Assembly: GCA_013265495.1 (NCBI GenBank)
Contig: MU058233.1
Span: 345,038-409,037, forward strand
Length of the DNA: 64,000 bases
Reading direction: 5' to 3'
DNA from: Vicugna vicugna
Lineage: Eukaryota
The translations under genes were made by a program, and so were the position numbers. This document shows positions 36,916 to 49,539 of this stretch, in pieces; within the stretch, counting starts at the first letter, position 1, and every line of letters starts with the position of its first letter. The notes beneath the pieces were generated by a model. The model saw nothing but the letters and a program-made list of their open reading frames with translations. It had not been told where the DNA came from and did no database searches.

Positions 36916-37374
36916 AACTCCAATGTGCAGCTCCAACCTCCTCCTCTTCCATGAAGCCCACCTGGCTTTCAACACAACCCCAGAACCCATCCCCACCGTC
37001 CTCTCTTTTGTCACTGATAACTTGCTGCCTTAGAAAACAGATGATGCCGGGAGGGTGGCTGCCCCCCTCCTACCCGGCTATAAACACTCAGAGGAAGGCA
37101 CCCAGGCTCCGAGCACTGGGCACACACTCCTGTGCCCTGTAGAACAACCTTGATCTATGAATAAAGTATGAATTGGATTAACCCATCTCCCTGATTTCCC
37201 CTCCGCAACTTCCCGTGAGAGTCTTACTCATCAGGGGTGAGTCTGCCTCAGAAAGGGAATTACAGGCTGGGGTGGTAAAGTTGGGGTGGGAAGGTCAGGG
37301 GGCTGTGGATGAGCAGAATGAGGTCAGCACTGATCGAAGTCAGCTGGGTCGTCCCTGCTGAGTGGAAGCCAAAT

Positions 37375-37540
37375 GCCAGGCATTGCCTGAGAGCTCACAT
37401 GTTCCCTACACTTCTCACAATAATACTGAGAGGTAATTGCTATTTCAACCCATTTCATAGGTGAAGAAACTGAAGAGCAAGGCTGTGAATAACCTGCCCA
37501 AGGTCTCAAGGAGCAGGGCAGCTCACCCAGGTGGCCTGGC
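37375..37540 (-). mobile_element. MIR
   Basis: TGCCAGGCATTG...CCCATTTCATAGGTGAAGAAACTGAAG...AACCTGCCCAAGGTC. Confidence 0.7.
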
Positions 37541-38978
37541 TCTGCAGCCACGTTTCAGCTGCCACCCTCTGCCTCCACCAGGGAAGATAAGCTTGTCTGC
37601 TTCCCTGTGTCCACTGCTAAGTGCTCAAGCATGTGGAATATTAATGCATTTCCCGCAGTCTGCTCAAATGGTGTGAAAACAGTCCCTTGCATCACCCAGG
37701 CACTTTCTGTTACTTTCTTACTCTGAAATAGAATCGAGGCTTGCCGGGTTTCAGGTGGGGGCTGCACACAGAGCTGGCTTGACTGAGCTATTCTGTTAAA
37801 CGTAAAAGGAGTCATTTCGACGTAGGAGGAAGGAGGTGTAAGCCCTCGCCACCGAGCTTACCAAGCTGATGTCTTCCCAGCCCAACCCCAAGGAGGCAGT
37901 CCAGGGCAGGGGCTGTGGCTCCCACATGCCTGGGTCCAAATCCCACTGCTACCATTGAAGGGCCTGACCGCACTTGGCCCTGGTCTCCTCATCGGTGAAT
38001 CGAGGATCATCTTCAGCACAGGCTGCTGTGAGCACCAGACACGGTCACGGACCTCAGGACTTGACATGGAATGTCCACCTTGGTTATTGTTACCATTGGG
38101 TGAGCATCAAACATCTCAGAACAAGTTCTAACCAACGTCTAGCACTCTATGCCGGGGCTGCAAGCAACCCCTGTCCTGGGGTCTCACCCAGAAACGTGCA
38201 GGCTGAGAGGGGGTCAGAGTGTGGGAAGGAGGGCAGCCTTTCACCCTGAGAACACTCTCCAAAAGGCTGCATCATTTTCAGGATGGAGGTAAAGGATGAT
38301 GGGGAGACGGTGCTGGAGATGACGTAGTGTCCAAGATGAGAATCCCGGAGGAGGCACAGATGGCCAGGCAGCCCCCCACCAATGCCCACCTCACCCTTGA
38401 AGCCAGCTAGATCTTTCCTCGACCTTCCCCCTGCTCCCTCGGAAAAGACCTGTGGATGAACTGCCCTTAGGGGGAGCAGAGGCAGGGGACCAGCTCTCCT
38501 CAGGGCTGGGAGGTGGCAAGACAGATCCAGCAACAGCTCCTCCCGGTGCAGACACTTGCAGCCCTCAGGCCCTCAGCACCCTCCCCCAGTCTCCCGCCTG
38601 CCCTGCGAGGGGATCCCCCATCCGGTGGACATCCACCTCCACCTTACAGACCAGGGGTTCTCAGTCCAACGGACCCACTGTCCCCATTTCATAACACACA
38701 TTCTGTAATGCCTCCTCTTCTGAAAAAAACATAGATAATACATAGCCAGACATACACTTAAAAAAAACTCCATTTAGTTCTATAGCTATTTTTAAAAAAG
38801 AAAGGAAGGACGGAGGGTGGGAGGAGTGGGGAGGAAGGTGACTTGCACTTCTCTGCCTCAGCCAATGACTTTATTTGCTGCTTCCCTGAGAAAATAGGAG
38901 AAAACGACATCCCAGCTCCCCGCCCCCCAACCCTGAGTCACCTGCCTGCAGGCCCCCTGCCCCAGAAGCCTGCCTGGG

Positions 38979-39037
38979 CGGAGCTGTCCGAGGTGCTGCC
39001 CTCCTTCCGGGTGGGAGGAGCTATCCGAGGTGCTAGC
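38979..39037 (-). promoter_or_regulatory. Candidate tandem RE1/NRSE (REST) sites in intron 1
   Basis: Minus strand GGCAGCACCTCGGACAGCTCC (38999-38979) against consensus TTCAGCACCnnGGACAGCnCC; a degenerate second copy lies 38 bp away (39037-39017). Confidence 0.65.
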
Positions 39038-39159
39038 CAGGCCCGGCCTCTCATGCTGGGGTCTCGCCCTCTCACCTGATTCCCATCTTGGAAACAGCGC
39101 CCTTTGCCAGCCCCACCTCCCTCTCCAGGGCCAACCCTCACTCATCCTCCTTTACAGCA

Positions 39160-39345
39160 CTAGTTCTCAGCGGGGGCCACGGGGGCCCCCAAGGGACATT
39201 TGGCAATACACTTGTGGTTGTCACAACTGGGAGGGGGGTGCTACCGCACCTGTGGTGGGTGGGGGCCAAGGACACTGCTCCTGCTCCGTGTTCCCCACTG
39301 CATGGCGCCCCACCACTGACAATTATCCAGCCTCGACGCCAACAG
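39160..39345 (+). mobile_element. MER20 (hAT-Charlie) DNA transposon fossil
   Basis: TAGTTCTCAGCGGGGG...GGGACATTTGGCAAT...GGTTGTCACAACTGGGAGGGGGTGCTAC...AATTATCCAGCC matches the recalled MER20 consensus. Confidence 0.82.
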
Positions 39346-39641
39346 TGTTTTGCTGCAGCGCTCTGTGCTGGCCACCTCTAATTCCATCCGACCTGCACCT
39401 AAACTGACTTTATCCAGGTCACCTCCACCCTGTGGAGCCAGTGGTCAGCCCTCAGTGCTCATGTGTGTGACCCATCAAAGCACTTGGCAGGGCTGGTCCC
39501 CTGGAGTCCTAGGACAAGACACTGGCCTGCCTCTCCTGACAGTCCCAGCTCGGGACTCGGCTGACTTGTGTCTTCTCCATCTGCACTCACTCCCTGGTCT
39601 AGGCAAGGTCATAAGGCCGTGTGGGTGTCGGCATCTGCATG

Positions 39642-39985
39642 TGGGTAACTCCGATTTTGTCCTCCTAAAAGTTATGTGCTAAAGCCCTAACCCCAATGTG
39701 ACTGTATCTGGAGAAGGGCCTCAGGGAAATAATTAAGATTAAATGAGGTCACTGGAGGGCCCTAATCTGATAAGGCTGTGACCTTACTGAGGGAGAAACA
39801 CCAGGAAAACCTGTGCACAGAGAAGAGGCTGTCCACAAGCCAGGAGAGAGTTCTTACCAGAAACCAGCCATGTCAGCATCTTCCTCTTGGTCTTCCAGCC
39901 CCCCAGAACTGTGAGAAAACAAACTTCTGTTGTTTAAGCCACTCAGTTTGTGGTACCTTGTTACAGCAGCTGGAGTGGACTCATA
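39642..39985 (+). mobile_element. MLT1A/MST-like MaLR LTR
   Basis: GCCCTAACCCCAATGTGACTGTATCTGGAGA, GATTAAATGAGGTCA, AGAACTGTGAGAAAACAAACTTCTGTTGTTTAAGCCACTCAGTTTGTGGTA. Confidence 0.85.
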
Positions 39986-40029
39986 CAGCTTCCAAATGTG
40001 AGTCTCCAGCGCAGACTCCCCCAAATGGC

Positions 40030-40290
40030 TTTCCAGCCATTCCCACAATACACGGGGCACACTCTGCCTCAGGACCCTTGCACTTGCTGGGCCTGGAGCT
40101 CTCTCCCCTAGACTTCTGCATGTCATATCTTCCCCCCTCCCTTTCAGTCTTCACTTCAAAGTCCCTCTCTTCCTGAGGCCTCCCCTGGGCACCTAGCAGA
40201 GAGGCCAGTGCCTCCCCCCAACACTTTAGCCTCCCTGCCTTCTTTTGCTCCCTAACATGTGTCTGTATTCAGCAGTCTGTGTATTTTGCT
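40030..40290 (+). mobile_element. L2 3'-region fragment
   Basis: GCCTCAGGACCCTTGCACTTGCTG, TTCACTTCAAAGTCCCTCTCTTCCTGAGGCCTCCCCTG. Confidence 0.65.
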
Positions 40291-40292
40291 TA

Positions 40293-40705
40293 CTGTGGCC
40301 AGCAGAATCACAGCCCCCCAAAGGTGGTCACATCCCAGCCCTCAGAACATGGGAATAGGTTAGGTTACATGGCAAAGAGAATTAAAGTCACTCATCAGCT
40401 GACTTTGAGCTGGACTATCTGGGTGGGCTGAATGTCACCATAAGGGTCCTTAAAAGTGGAAGAGGTGGGCAAAGAGTTGGGGGGGAGATGCGACTTTGGG
40501 AGAACAGCACCGAGAGGAGAAATTCTGCTGGACTTGGAGACCGAGTGAGAACCACGCAGGACAAGGGCACTTGAACACTGGGGAAAAGGCAAGAAAACAG
40601 ATTCTCCTGGAGCCTTTGCTGGGACCCCTTCTTGAGGATGTCTTGCTTTTAGCCCCGAGAGACCCGTGTCAGACTCCTGACCTGCAGCAGGGCAGAAGAA
40701 ATGCT
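40293..40705 (+). mobile_element. MLT1D-like MaLR LTR
   Basis: TGTGGCCAGCAGAATCACAGCCCCCCAAAG, GTTACATGGCAAA, TATCTGGGTGGGC, GGGTCCTTAAAAGTGGAAGAGG, AAACAGATTCTCC. Confidence 0.8.
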
Positions 40706-42869
40706 TTCATCACATAACTCAAAGTGCACTGCATTCTCGGACCAAGGTGTCTGCACTTCTACAAATATTAGTATATTTGGACCACTACTTCTACAAATTC
40801 CATTACTGCTTGTGAACAGCACAATTACATTGCATTCCAGTGTTAAAAGCATTAACTTGTTATATACAAACTCCTAAAATATGCTACCACTATGGTAACC
40901 TTGCGTTGAGGTTTCTTTCTTTCTTTTTTTTTTTTTTTAACATATTTGGAAGCTCGCAAACCAGCTGTGGAGTGAGTCCATCTCAACCTCCAAGAGGTCC
41001 CATCCTGGCAAGTCAGTCCACACACAATTAGGACATTTAGGACCTCCCCTTGTACCAGCCACCGCCACCTGTCCCCCACGGGACCAGCCCTCTGGGCACA
41101 GCTGCCCCTCCAGGCTTGCAGCCAAGTATTACTTCCAACCAGGGCAGGGGAACTAAGGGAGTAAGAAGGGGGCTGCTCTGGGCCAGCCAGGAGGCTGCAG
41201 GCGCGGCTACAGGAGTAGGGAGTGAGGATTCAATGCAGGCCTGGCACAGGGTAGATCTCATTTTTTCTCTGGCGCACCGCCAGGACATGGGACAGCATTT
41301 TAAAGAACAATTGTACTTGGGCTCATTTACTTAAAACTAAAATGCCAACAGCTGAGGCTTCTGACCAGGGCCCCTCTGGGCAGGATCTGAGGGTCCCTGC
41401 TTCTCGATCAGGCCAGGCGAGCAGTGGGACTGCCCACCGAGATGGACCTGACCCAGGAAGAGAGGCAGGATGGGGTGTGCAGGGAGTGGCCTGGAGGCTG
41501 TCACCTGCTGCAAACTTCTTGGGGCCCAGGGGGCAGGGCTGCATCTGCACAGGTGGGTTGTTTTATTTTCATTCATGTTTTATCAGTCTGAGAGCCTCTG
41601 AAAGCCTTGGAGAGAGTGCTGGGTCCAGACTTCAGCATCTCCCTCATCAGTTCTGACATCATCACTCGATGACCCCAGGGGAGGCCACCTTTCTAGACCA
41701 GGTGCTGAGCCCAGAGCCCTCGAGCACCCTGGCCCCACAGCAACCTGAAGTCGGTCTCTCTGCCATCCTGCCTATGGTGTCTGCGTCTCTGCAGAACGCT
41801 CACGTCACATTACTTAACAGCTCTCTTTAAACTGATGCACTTTTAAATGAAGTGAATTTGCTTCTTAAATAAGTGATGTATTGCTGCCAAAGATAGAAGA
41901 CCTGTATCATTTGTCCAAAATGTTAGTCAGTGGGGCACGAAACAGCATGTGGCTATCAAAGTAGAGCTGAACACAGGGCCAGACAAAGTTGCTCAGCCTG
42001 GGGAAGGGCCGTTCCTGCCTTCAAGGGAGACTGGCAAGTTCAGAGTACGTGAGAGGCATATTGCTATTGAATCAAGCCTGTCTTGGTACAATAAGAAAGG
42101 GGGACAGAGGACTGAAGGGGGGACGTTCCTTGGGGTGGAACACCACCTGGTGCCCGTAGCACCCTGCGCCTTGGGCAGTGTGGGCCCAACCATCGTGCCA
42201 GACATGGAGACACTCCCCTTCGCTCAGGCCAACTCCTCTAGCCCCCACTCCACTGAGGTTGGTACTTCCACCATCCCCACTTCACAGACACGCAAACTGA
42301 GGCCAGGCACTATCTGCACGATTCTCATGCCACAGCAGCAGGTGGGGGGGGAGGGGCTACTGGTATTTACTGGGTGCCAGATACCTCAACATCCTGCAAC
42401 ACACGCACAAAGGCTTATCTGGCCCAGATGTCAACAATGCTAGAAGCCCTGACCGAAGGCCCCGGTTCAGTTCACAGGCCAAGTGGGCACAGAAGCGTGA
42501 CTGTCCAGCCCCTCAGATCGTGTGCTGTGACCCTCGTACAAATCTCACTTGGGTCCCGCAAGTCTGAGTGAAACCACCGATGTGTTTAAAAACCCAGCCA
42601 GCTAGACAGAAGGCACAGACTCCCATGGTCACAGGTGAAGTCCACAGGGTTCTGGCATAGAGGACGTTCACGGTGTCACCCCTCCCTTAGAGCACAACCC
42701 CACGTTCTCCCCAGGGCGGAGGATGCCGAGGGCCCTGCCTGCCTCTCCGTCATCCTGCGCACCATGCTCCTCCCCCATTGCCCTCTCCACTCACGCGGGG
42801 GTGCCCCCCACCTAAATCCCCTCACCCCCTGGCGGCCCCTCCACTCACATCTCAGCTCAATCATCAGAG

Positions 42870-43272
42870 AGGAACTCCCTGAGCCCCTCTGAGTTAGTGC
42901 CCCACACACACAGGCATTTGTCCTCTCGTGGTCTGGAGGCCAGACGGCTAACTTGGTGTCATGGCTGCGCTCCCTCCAGGGGCTCGAGGGGAGGACCCTT
43001 CGGCCTCTTCCGGCCTCCAGAGTTGCTGGCATCTCTCGTGCCCTTGGCTTCCTGACGCATCTCTGCCTCTGCCTTCACGTGACCTTCCCTCTTCTGTGCC
43101 TGTGTTTCTCCTCGCCTTTTAAGGCCACCATTGACCTTATAAGTCATTGGATTTAGGGCCCACTTCACTCCACTACAACCTCATCTTAACTAAGTTCATC
43201 TGCAAAGACCCCATTTCCAAACAGGGTCACATTCTGGGGTCCTGAGAGGACATGAATTTGGGAGGATGCTAT
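42870..43272 (-). mobile_element. MLT1B-like MaLR LTR
   Basis: TCTGGAGGCCAGA, CTCTGCCTCTGCCTTCACGTG, CATTGGATTTAGGGCCCAC, ATCTGCAAAGACCCCATTTCCAAACAGGGTCACATTCTG. Confidence 0.85.
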
Positions 43273-46200
43273 TCAAGCCACACCCCATCTAAAGTGGGGT
43301 CCCTGCCCCCCACCCACTTTCCATCACTCTGCCTTTTCATGGCCTTTCTCTCTGCCTGGAGTCAACTTGTTGATAGGACCGTCCATCACCTGCCTCCCTC
43401 CCTGGGACGTCAGCCCCGAGAGGCAGGGGCTGCGCCCCCTTCACTTCTGTATCCTGACTCGGCATCAGGAACACGTGGGGAGTGGACAACACAGAGATAA
43501 AGGCGCCTCTGCACTCATTCCGGAGAGGGGGTCATCTGCTTGCAGAAGAGCTTCCCAGGACCCATCACACGGAGAATCGGCCTCGCCTCTCCCTCCCTGA
43601 CACCCGGCTACCGTCCCGTCCCGGGTCCCTAAGCTTTCTGAGAGCAGAACGGAGAAGCTGACCATGGCGTTCCAAGACCTGGATCCCACTCAGGAATGTC
43701 TTCAGTGGGACATCAAATATGGAAATGTACAGAGACTTATTTTTGTCGAGTTTCCAGCCAACGAAGGATAAACTGTCCTTTCAGAAAATAGTCCAGAGCC
43801 TTTGAAATATGCAGATTGCTGAGCTGAATTGTAAATGCAATCACTTCGCTGCAGCAGACTCCCAAGGCGGGGATCACCAGCTGCATGAATTATTCCTAGA
43901 AGCCCAGGGCCCCCAGGATATGCAGTCGTAAGTCTCCGGATGGAGCCAGCCCTGGTGAGGTCCACTCCTCCCAAGGGAATTACATGAGGGGTGTTTACCG
44001 CAGGGCGAAGCCTCCTTGCCTCTCGTCCCTCCAAACGCAGGCTCAAGTCGACTCAGTGCTAACCTCTGTGTCCGGAAGTGGCCTCGACCGTTCTGACTCA
44101 CTGGTGGTCGGATGGGATCAGAGCCCAGAACAGCAGGCAGAGGAGCACAGACAAAGGTGAAGGGAAAAAAGCAAAACCAGCCTGCTCTTAATCTTCTCAG
44201 AGGGAGTGAAATGTAATTGCAGGCGGCTCCAATGGAGGAGAACAGAAAAGGCGACTGGTGTCACACGCCCCAGCTGGCTGTGGCTGGGCTCTGGTTGGAA
44301 GTACCAACTGTTTTTTCTACTCTCCGTAGTAAATCAACCACACTGGGGCAGGTGCGAGACTGATGCGGGGGGGAAAGGCCAGCCAATCAATGACCTGGGG
44401 CAGAGGGGCGGGGGGAATGGCCAGCCAATCAAATGCTGCCATTTTGATGCGAGAACTGCCAGGACCCATGATTAAATCCCGAAGAAACTGTGTCTATTTT
44501 TCTGGCCACGGCACTTTAACTGTGGGCGTCAGCAAAGCAGGACGTTGTAACTCACAAAGCAGATTCAACGGGGATGGAGACAGATGAACTCAGATGGAAA
44601 GGCCCCGAGCCAGCAGGAAGCCACTTCTGGAATTAGAACTCACAACGAGTGGGGCATGCCTTCTGATGAGACACACATGCCCTACGAGCAGAATACCTTA
44701 AGCACCCTCAGAATGGAACTGCTAATGCATAGAAGGGGCTCGGAAAGCCCTCTTGAGAAACCAGCACCTTCTACATGTGCACACAGGGTTCTCAGGGGTA
44801 TGCGGGTTGGGACAGGCGTATCACGGGAGGCGAGGAGGGGTCCAGTGGGGCTACCGGGTCCTCCCGAGGCTCTCCCATCTCAGCACCCCCTCCACGACGC
44901 TCTCCTGCAGGCTCCACCCACCCCTTCCACTCATCCTTTTGTCATTTGAACAGTACCAAAGGGGCACCCACCCTGTGCCTGGGCGCCAGAGGGGGGCGCC
45001 GTGCCGTCCTCGCATGGCTTGTGCACTTGTGGGAATTTGGAAACCCTAAGCAAGCACACAGGTTGGGAACCTGTGGACACCTCCCAAAATTCAGCCCCGT
45101 GGCTGTGACACCTGCCTGTTGCTACAGTGAGCACTGCAGGGAAGACGACTGCACGTGGAGGAGATAGCTGCCCCCTCTGCCGCCCGAGGTCCAAGGCAAA
45201 TGCTGGGTGAGCATCTGGCATTCGCTCTCCATCCTTCTCCTCCTCGCCTCCTGATGTCCCCTGGTCCCAGTTCAAATAGGCTTTTATTGTTAAAACTCAT
45301 GGTGCTCAGACTATTTGTAGGATTCGGGCTTCCTGATCCAAAATCGGGGACTCCCTCCAATGGACACAGCCTTGGGTACACACGCCTTTAGCAACCTGAC
45401 AACCTCCTTCCCCTCTCTTCCTGCCCCTGCCTCCAAAAATCTCCCCACAGCACTATCCTCTCAGGCCACTGCTCTGCTACAGACCTGGGCTTCCCAAAGC
45501 GTGGGGCCGGAATCCTGGAAGGACCAGCACGCCGGACAGGACTGGAAGGAGGAAACAGACACGGTGTTAAATAACATTGACTCACACCGTGAGACTTACT
45601 CCCTTGTAGAATCTATCTCAGCCTCCTGATTTCCTTAAGGAGGAAGTCTTGGCTTCATGCTAATCCAGCCCTTGCACATGCCTTTCACTTGAGAATTTCC
45701 CATTTAACAAAGAGAGGGCAGACCTCTGGCCAGAGCCTCTGGTGACAGGTGCGTCACGCTGGAATTAAACAGCGTGGCTTTGTTTCCACTGCACTCATTT
45801 GCAGAGTCACCTCTTACCTGGGGGTAAGGTGGTGACTTGCAACTGTCTTATAAAATAAATTTCTTTTTACACAAAAGCAATCAGTTGTTTAGCAAAAGAG
45901 TCATTTGCTCACTCTCTTTTGTTTTTTGGGTTTTTTTGAGGTGGAAGAAATCTTACTGGACTAGGGCACAGGCGCCGGGCTCTGGGCCAAGGTGGCCCAG
46001 GCCACGCTTTGCGCCCCCTCGGGCCTGGTGCCCCCCAGCATCCATGGAGCACTGACTGCATGCAAGGAGCTGCCCTAGACCCTCGGCACTGGAGCTGTGA
46101 ACAAAACAGACAAAAATTCCCACCTTCAGGTGAATGACAGGGCCGGTGTTGTGTACATCATAAAAACAGCAAAGCAGTCCGTTTGTGCGACTTTCTCTGA

Positions 46201-47580
46201 GAGAGCTCAGGGGCAGCAAATACCTCTTCCCAGAGGAGGGGAGGCGGCCTGCACCCCGACACGTCTCAGGCCATCCTCTGAGAGACCATAATTGGACTTC
46301 CTTTTATTTTAACTTAAAACTTTTGATAAGTGCAGAAAAGTGGGTCATTTGGAACGAAGTAAGCTTTTAGCAGCTGCCACCACTAACCTTCTAAACAGCC
46401 TCAGGCAAGCCCTGCTGTCTCATTGGCCCTCAGCTTTTCCATCTGTACAATGGGCCCACGGCTTTGACCTCAGACTGTAGCGGGTGCCACAGGGACTTGG
46501 CCCGGGGTGGCCCGTCAAGTTGGAGGGAATTAATGCACATGGGTCTGGAATTCTAGAAATTACCTCCCTCAAAACAACCACCCAACCCAAACTGAAACCT
46601 CATCACCCCATCCCAGCTCCAGTTCAGTCTGTGCTCCTCCAGGGTGATGAGAGAGCAGAAGGTCCTGAGCATGCAGTCAGCCAGATGGGGACTATCTTCA
46701 CCTTCCCCTCGCTGAGCTTAGAGGTTCTCCAGTTCCCTGTTCGTAAGACTGACTGCGCCAGTCGCAGGCACAGAACCGGGGATGCTGTGCTTTATGTACG
46801 ATGTAAGAGATTCAGAAGGATGATTTCTGTCTAGAAACATTTTTTCTCGCCCTCAGCAGTGAGTTTAGAAGCAAACTCTTGTGTACATAAAGGACGTGAC
46901 TTCACTGCACCTCCTTAAAGATATTTCCCCCCAGGGGCCTGTGAATTTGAATCTACACACACTACTTAACAAATCTTTGCTGAGGTCAGCAAGACATCCC
47001 AAGTAAAGGTCACTGGACCAGCCGAGGAAAGGGTGTGGGAGAACTGGGAAGAAGGTCCTGCTTCTGTGTCCTGCTCCCTCAGGACAGCCTTTGCATCCCC
47101 CCAGCTCCTTCAAGTCAGGAGAAGTATTTCCAGGAAGCATTTCAGGCACAGGAAAAATAAGCAATAAATCAACTTCATTTAGGCTTCTCCCTCTCCTTTC
47201 TAAATTCAGCTGAATTAGTATCAAGTAGAAGCTCCCAGGAACCCATTTCATATCCCTTGGATCTAAAACACAGTGGGCAGTGATGCAAGGGCAGCGGCTT
47301 GCCTCCTCCAGGAAGCATTCTCTTTGCTGTTCTTCAGTATCCTTTAACACAGGAATCTGGGCCAGTTTGAAAGGGCGAGCTCTGTTTTCAAACGACTTCT
47401 TGTGAACAAGTGACCCTGCTGCTGTACTGTCCTGTCCCTCGGGACCAGCCTGGGATGAGGGTTAGATTGGGGCTCTCTGGTCATTTCCAGGGACAAATCC
47501 TGAATGACCCCTGGGTAAGACACCTTGCTAGGTGCACGGCCTGAGAGAGGGACGTAAGACAGACTCGTCACAGCGGGGGG

Positions 47581-47820
47581 TGGAAGGGGAGACAGGCAGA
47601 CAAAGACAGGAGCAGGGGGAACAGATGGAGGAAGGGGTGGGTTGGGTAAAAAAAGGAGAAAGAAGAAAATTGAGGAGGAGGAAGAGATTTGGAGGAAGGA
47701 GGAAGGAGAAAAGATTTTTTTAAAAAAGAAGGGAGGAAAAGGAGTGGGAAGAGGGAAGGCAGGAGGGAGGGAGGGAGGAGAGAAGGGGGGAGTGAGGAGG
47801 GAGAGGGACATGAGGGGGTG
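47581..47820. repeat. GA-rich polypurine low-complexity tract
   Basis: About 240 bp of mostly G/A on the plus strand. Confidence 0.85.
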
Positions 47821-49539
47821 GGCCTGGGCGTGACACTCCACTTTCCCGAAACGCTTCGTTATCTCCTGTCAGTGTCGGGAAAGGCGGCTGAAGGTCCTGG
47901 CTTTTTCTGCCACCAAGAATCCTGGTTCCTTCTCACCTTGAAGCATGAAGCGAGGAGAACGGCTCGTGGGGCTGAGCTGGCCGTGGGGATGTTACACAAC
48001 CTAACGTGCTGCCAATGTTTTTATATAATCTTCTGGTTCTCCCCATAAAACAGACCATAACACCCTGGCAAATACACTTCAATAAAGCCGTGTGCTATTA
48101 CTGGGGCACACCGCCTTCCCGGAGATGAATCACCACGCGGACGGTCAAGTGGCAGTTGAACTAAAGTTTTCTCTCCTCGAGGCTTCACCTGAATGGGAGA
48201 GACCGGAAGGACCACAGAGACTCTGGAAGGACCAAAGTACCTCCAAAGGAAAACCAGGAGTTCAGAGTGGGGAGAAAGTGCCTGGGAAGTCAGCAGATGC
48301 TCTGGTCTCCCAGAGTGGCAGGCAAGGCTGCAGGTGACTCCCACAGCTGCGCGTCACCAGCCTCGGGCTCAGAATCACCGCTCAGAGGCCAGCTGGACCT
48401 CAGAAGGAACCCCAGAGACGACCCCCACATCGGGCTGGGGGATGTGCAGAACAAGCCCCACCCATGCAAGCTGGCTCCCTGACACCTCCTTCTGGAGACT
48501 GTTACTGACACTTCCTGGGGGCGCTGCTGTGGCTGTCAGTGCAGAAGCCAGAATAGCATGGGACAGAAGGGGAAGGCCACTAATGAGAACCCAGACTTCC
48601 CTCCTTCCTCCCTGAACCTCAGCCAAGTGAGGCAGGGGAGCAGCACCGACTTATTCTGCTCCATTGCAGCCCAAAGTGGGAAAGCACTCTTCCTCCCACA
48701 GCTGTGCATCGGCCCTGACCCTCCTTGACTCTGACCCTGACTCTCAGGGTGACCCGCACCTGCTGGGGGTGAAACAAGGAGCCCACCCCTGGGAGCTGGG
48801 CTTCCTGTAGAAGCTTCCAAGGACGCCAGGCTCCCAGGCACATGGTCCATCTAAGTAATTAACACTGCCAAGCCCCTGCTAGGCCCTTGACGCTATCTGT
48901 CTACGAGTCGGAGGCTCACGCCTCATGCTTGGCCCACAACAACACTTTGTGTAGGGAGCCCTGAGCATCCCTAGGTCGGGAGGTTGAACAGGGCCAATGG
49001 ATGGGGGACACCTTTCTCCACCAACATTTAAAGAACAGCTCTGAAGGGCAGAACTACCATTCCACCTGTCCCCACTTCTTCACCAAGGAGGTGGACGGGG
49101 TCCAGGCTAAGCCATGATGCATGCAGCTCCTGGACACACACACACACACAGAGTGCAGCAAGCCGCCTCACTCTTGGACCTGGGCACTGTCTGCTCTTAA
49201 AGCAGGTCTTACAACCTCTAGAAGTTTTCTCAAGTCCCCTCCCCCAGGGAACAAGATGGAGTCCCCTCATGTGTGCTGGTAGGTTGGCGTCCTCAGGTAT
49301 CCACTGGGCAAGGGAATGAATGAGTGGTCACCCAGGCCAACGCCCTCTTATGCCCGGAGCCCTCAAAAAGCCCTTCTCTTCCTTATGCGCCTTCTCCCCG
49401 ATTTACTCCCGAAGTAATGGGAGTTCCATCCCAGCCCTGGCTGGCCTTCAGGCCCCTGGGGTCAGCACAGGTTCCAGCGGCTGGGCCACAGCGCAGTGTC
49501 CCAAGCACCGGGACAGTTCTCCTCCCTCCACAGCTCTCT

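Noticed and set aside
40710-40940. AT-rich stretch ending in a T-run, resembling a processed-pseudogene 3' UTR
   Set aside because: No recognisable parent gene, coding remnant or TSD; cannot be supported without a search.
45523-45543. Weak RE1-like ACCAGCACGCCGGACAGGACT
   Set aside because: It has mismatches in both half-sites and is too degenerate to call without a matrix score.
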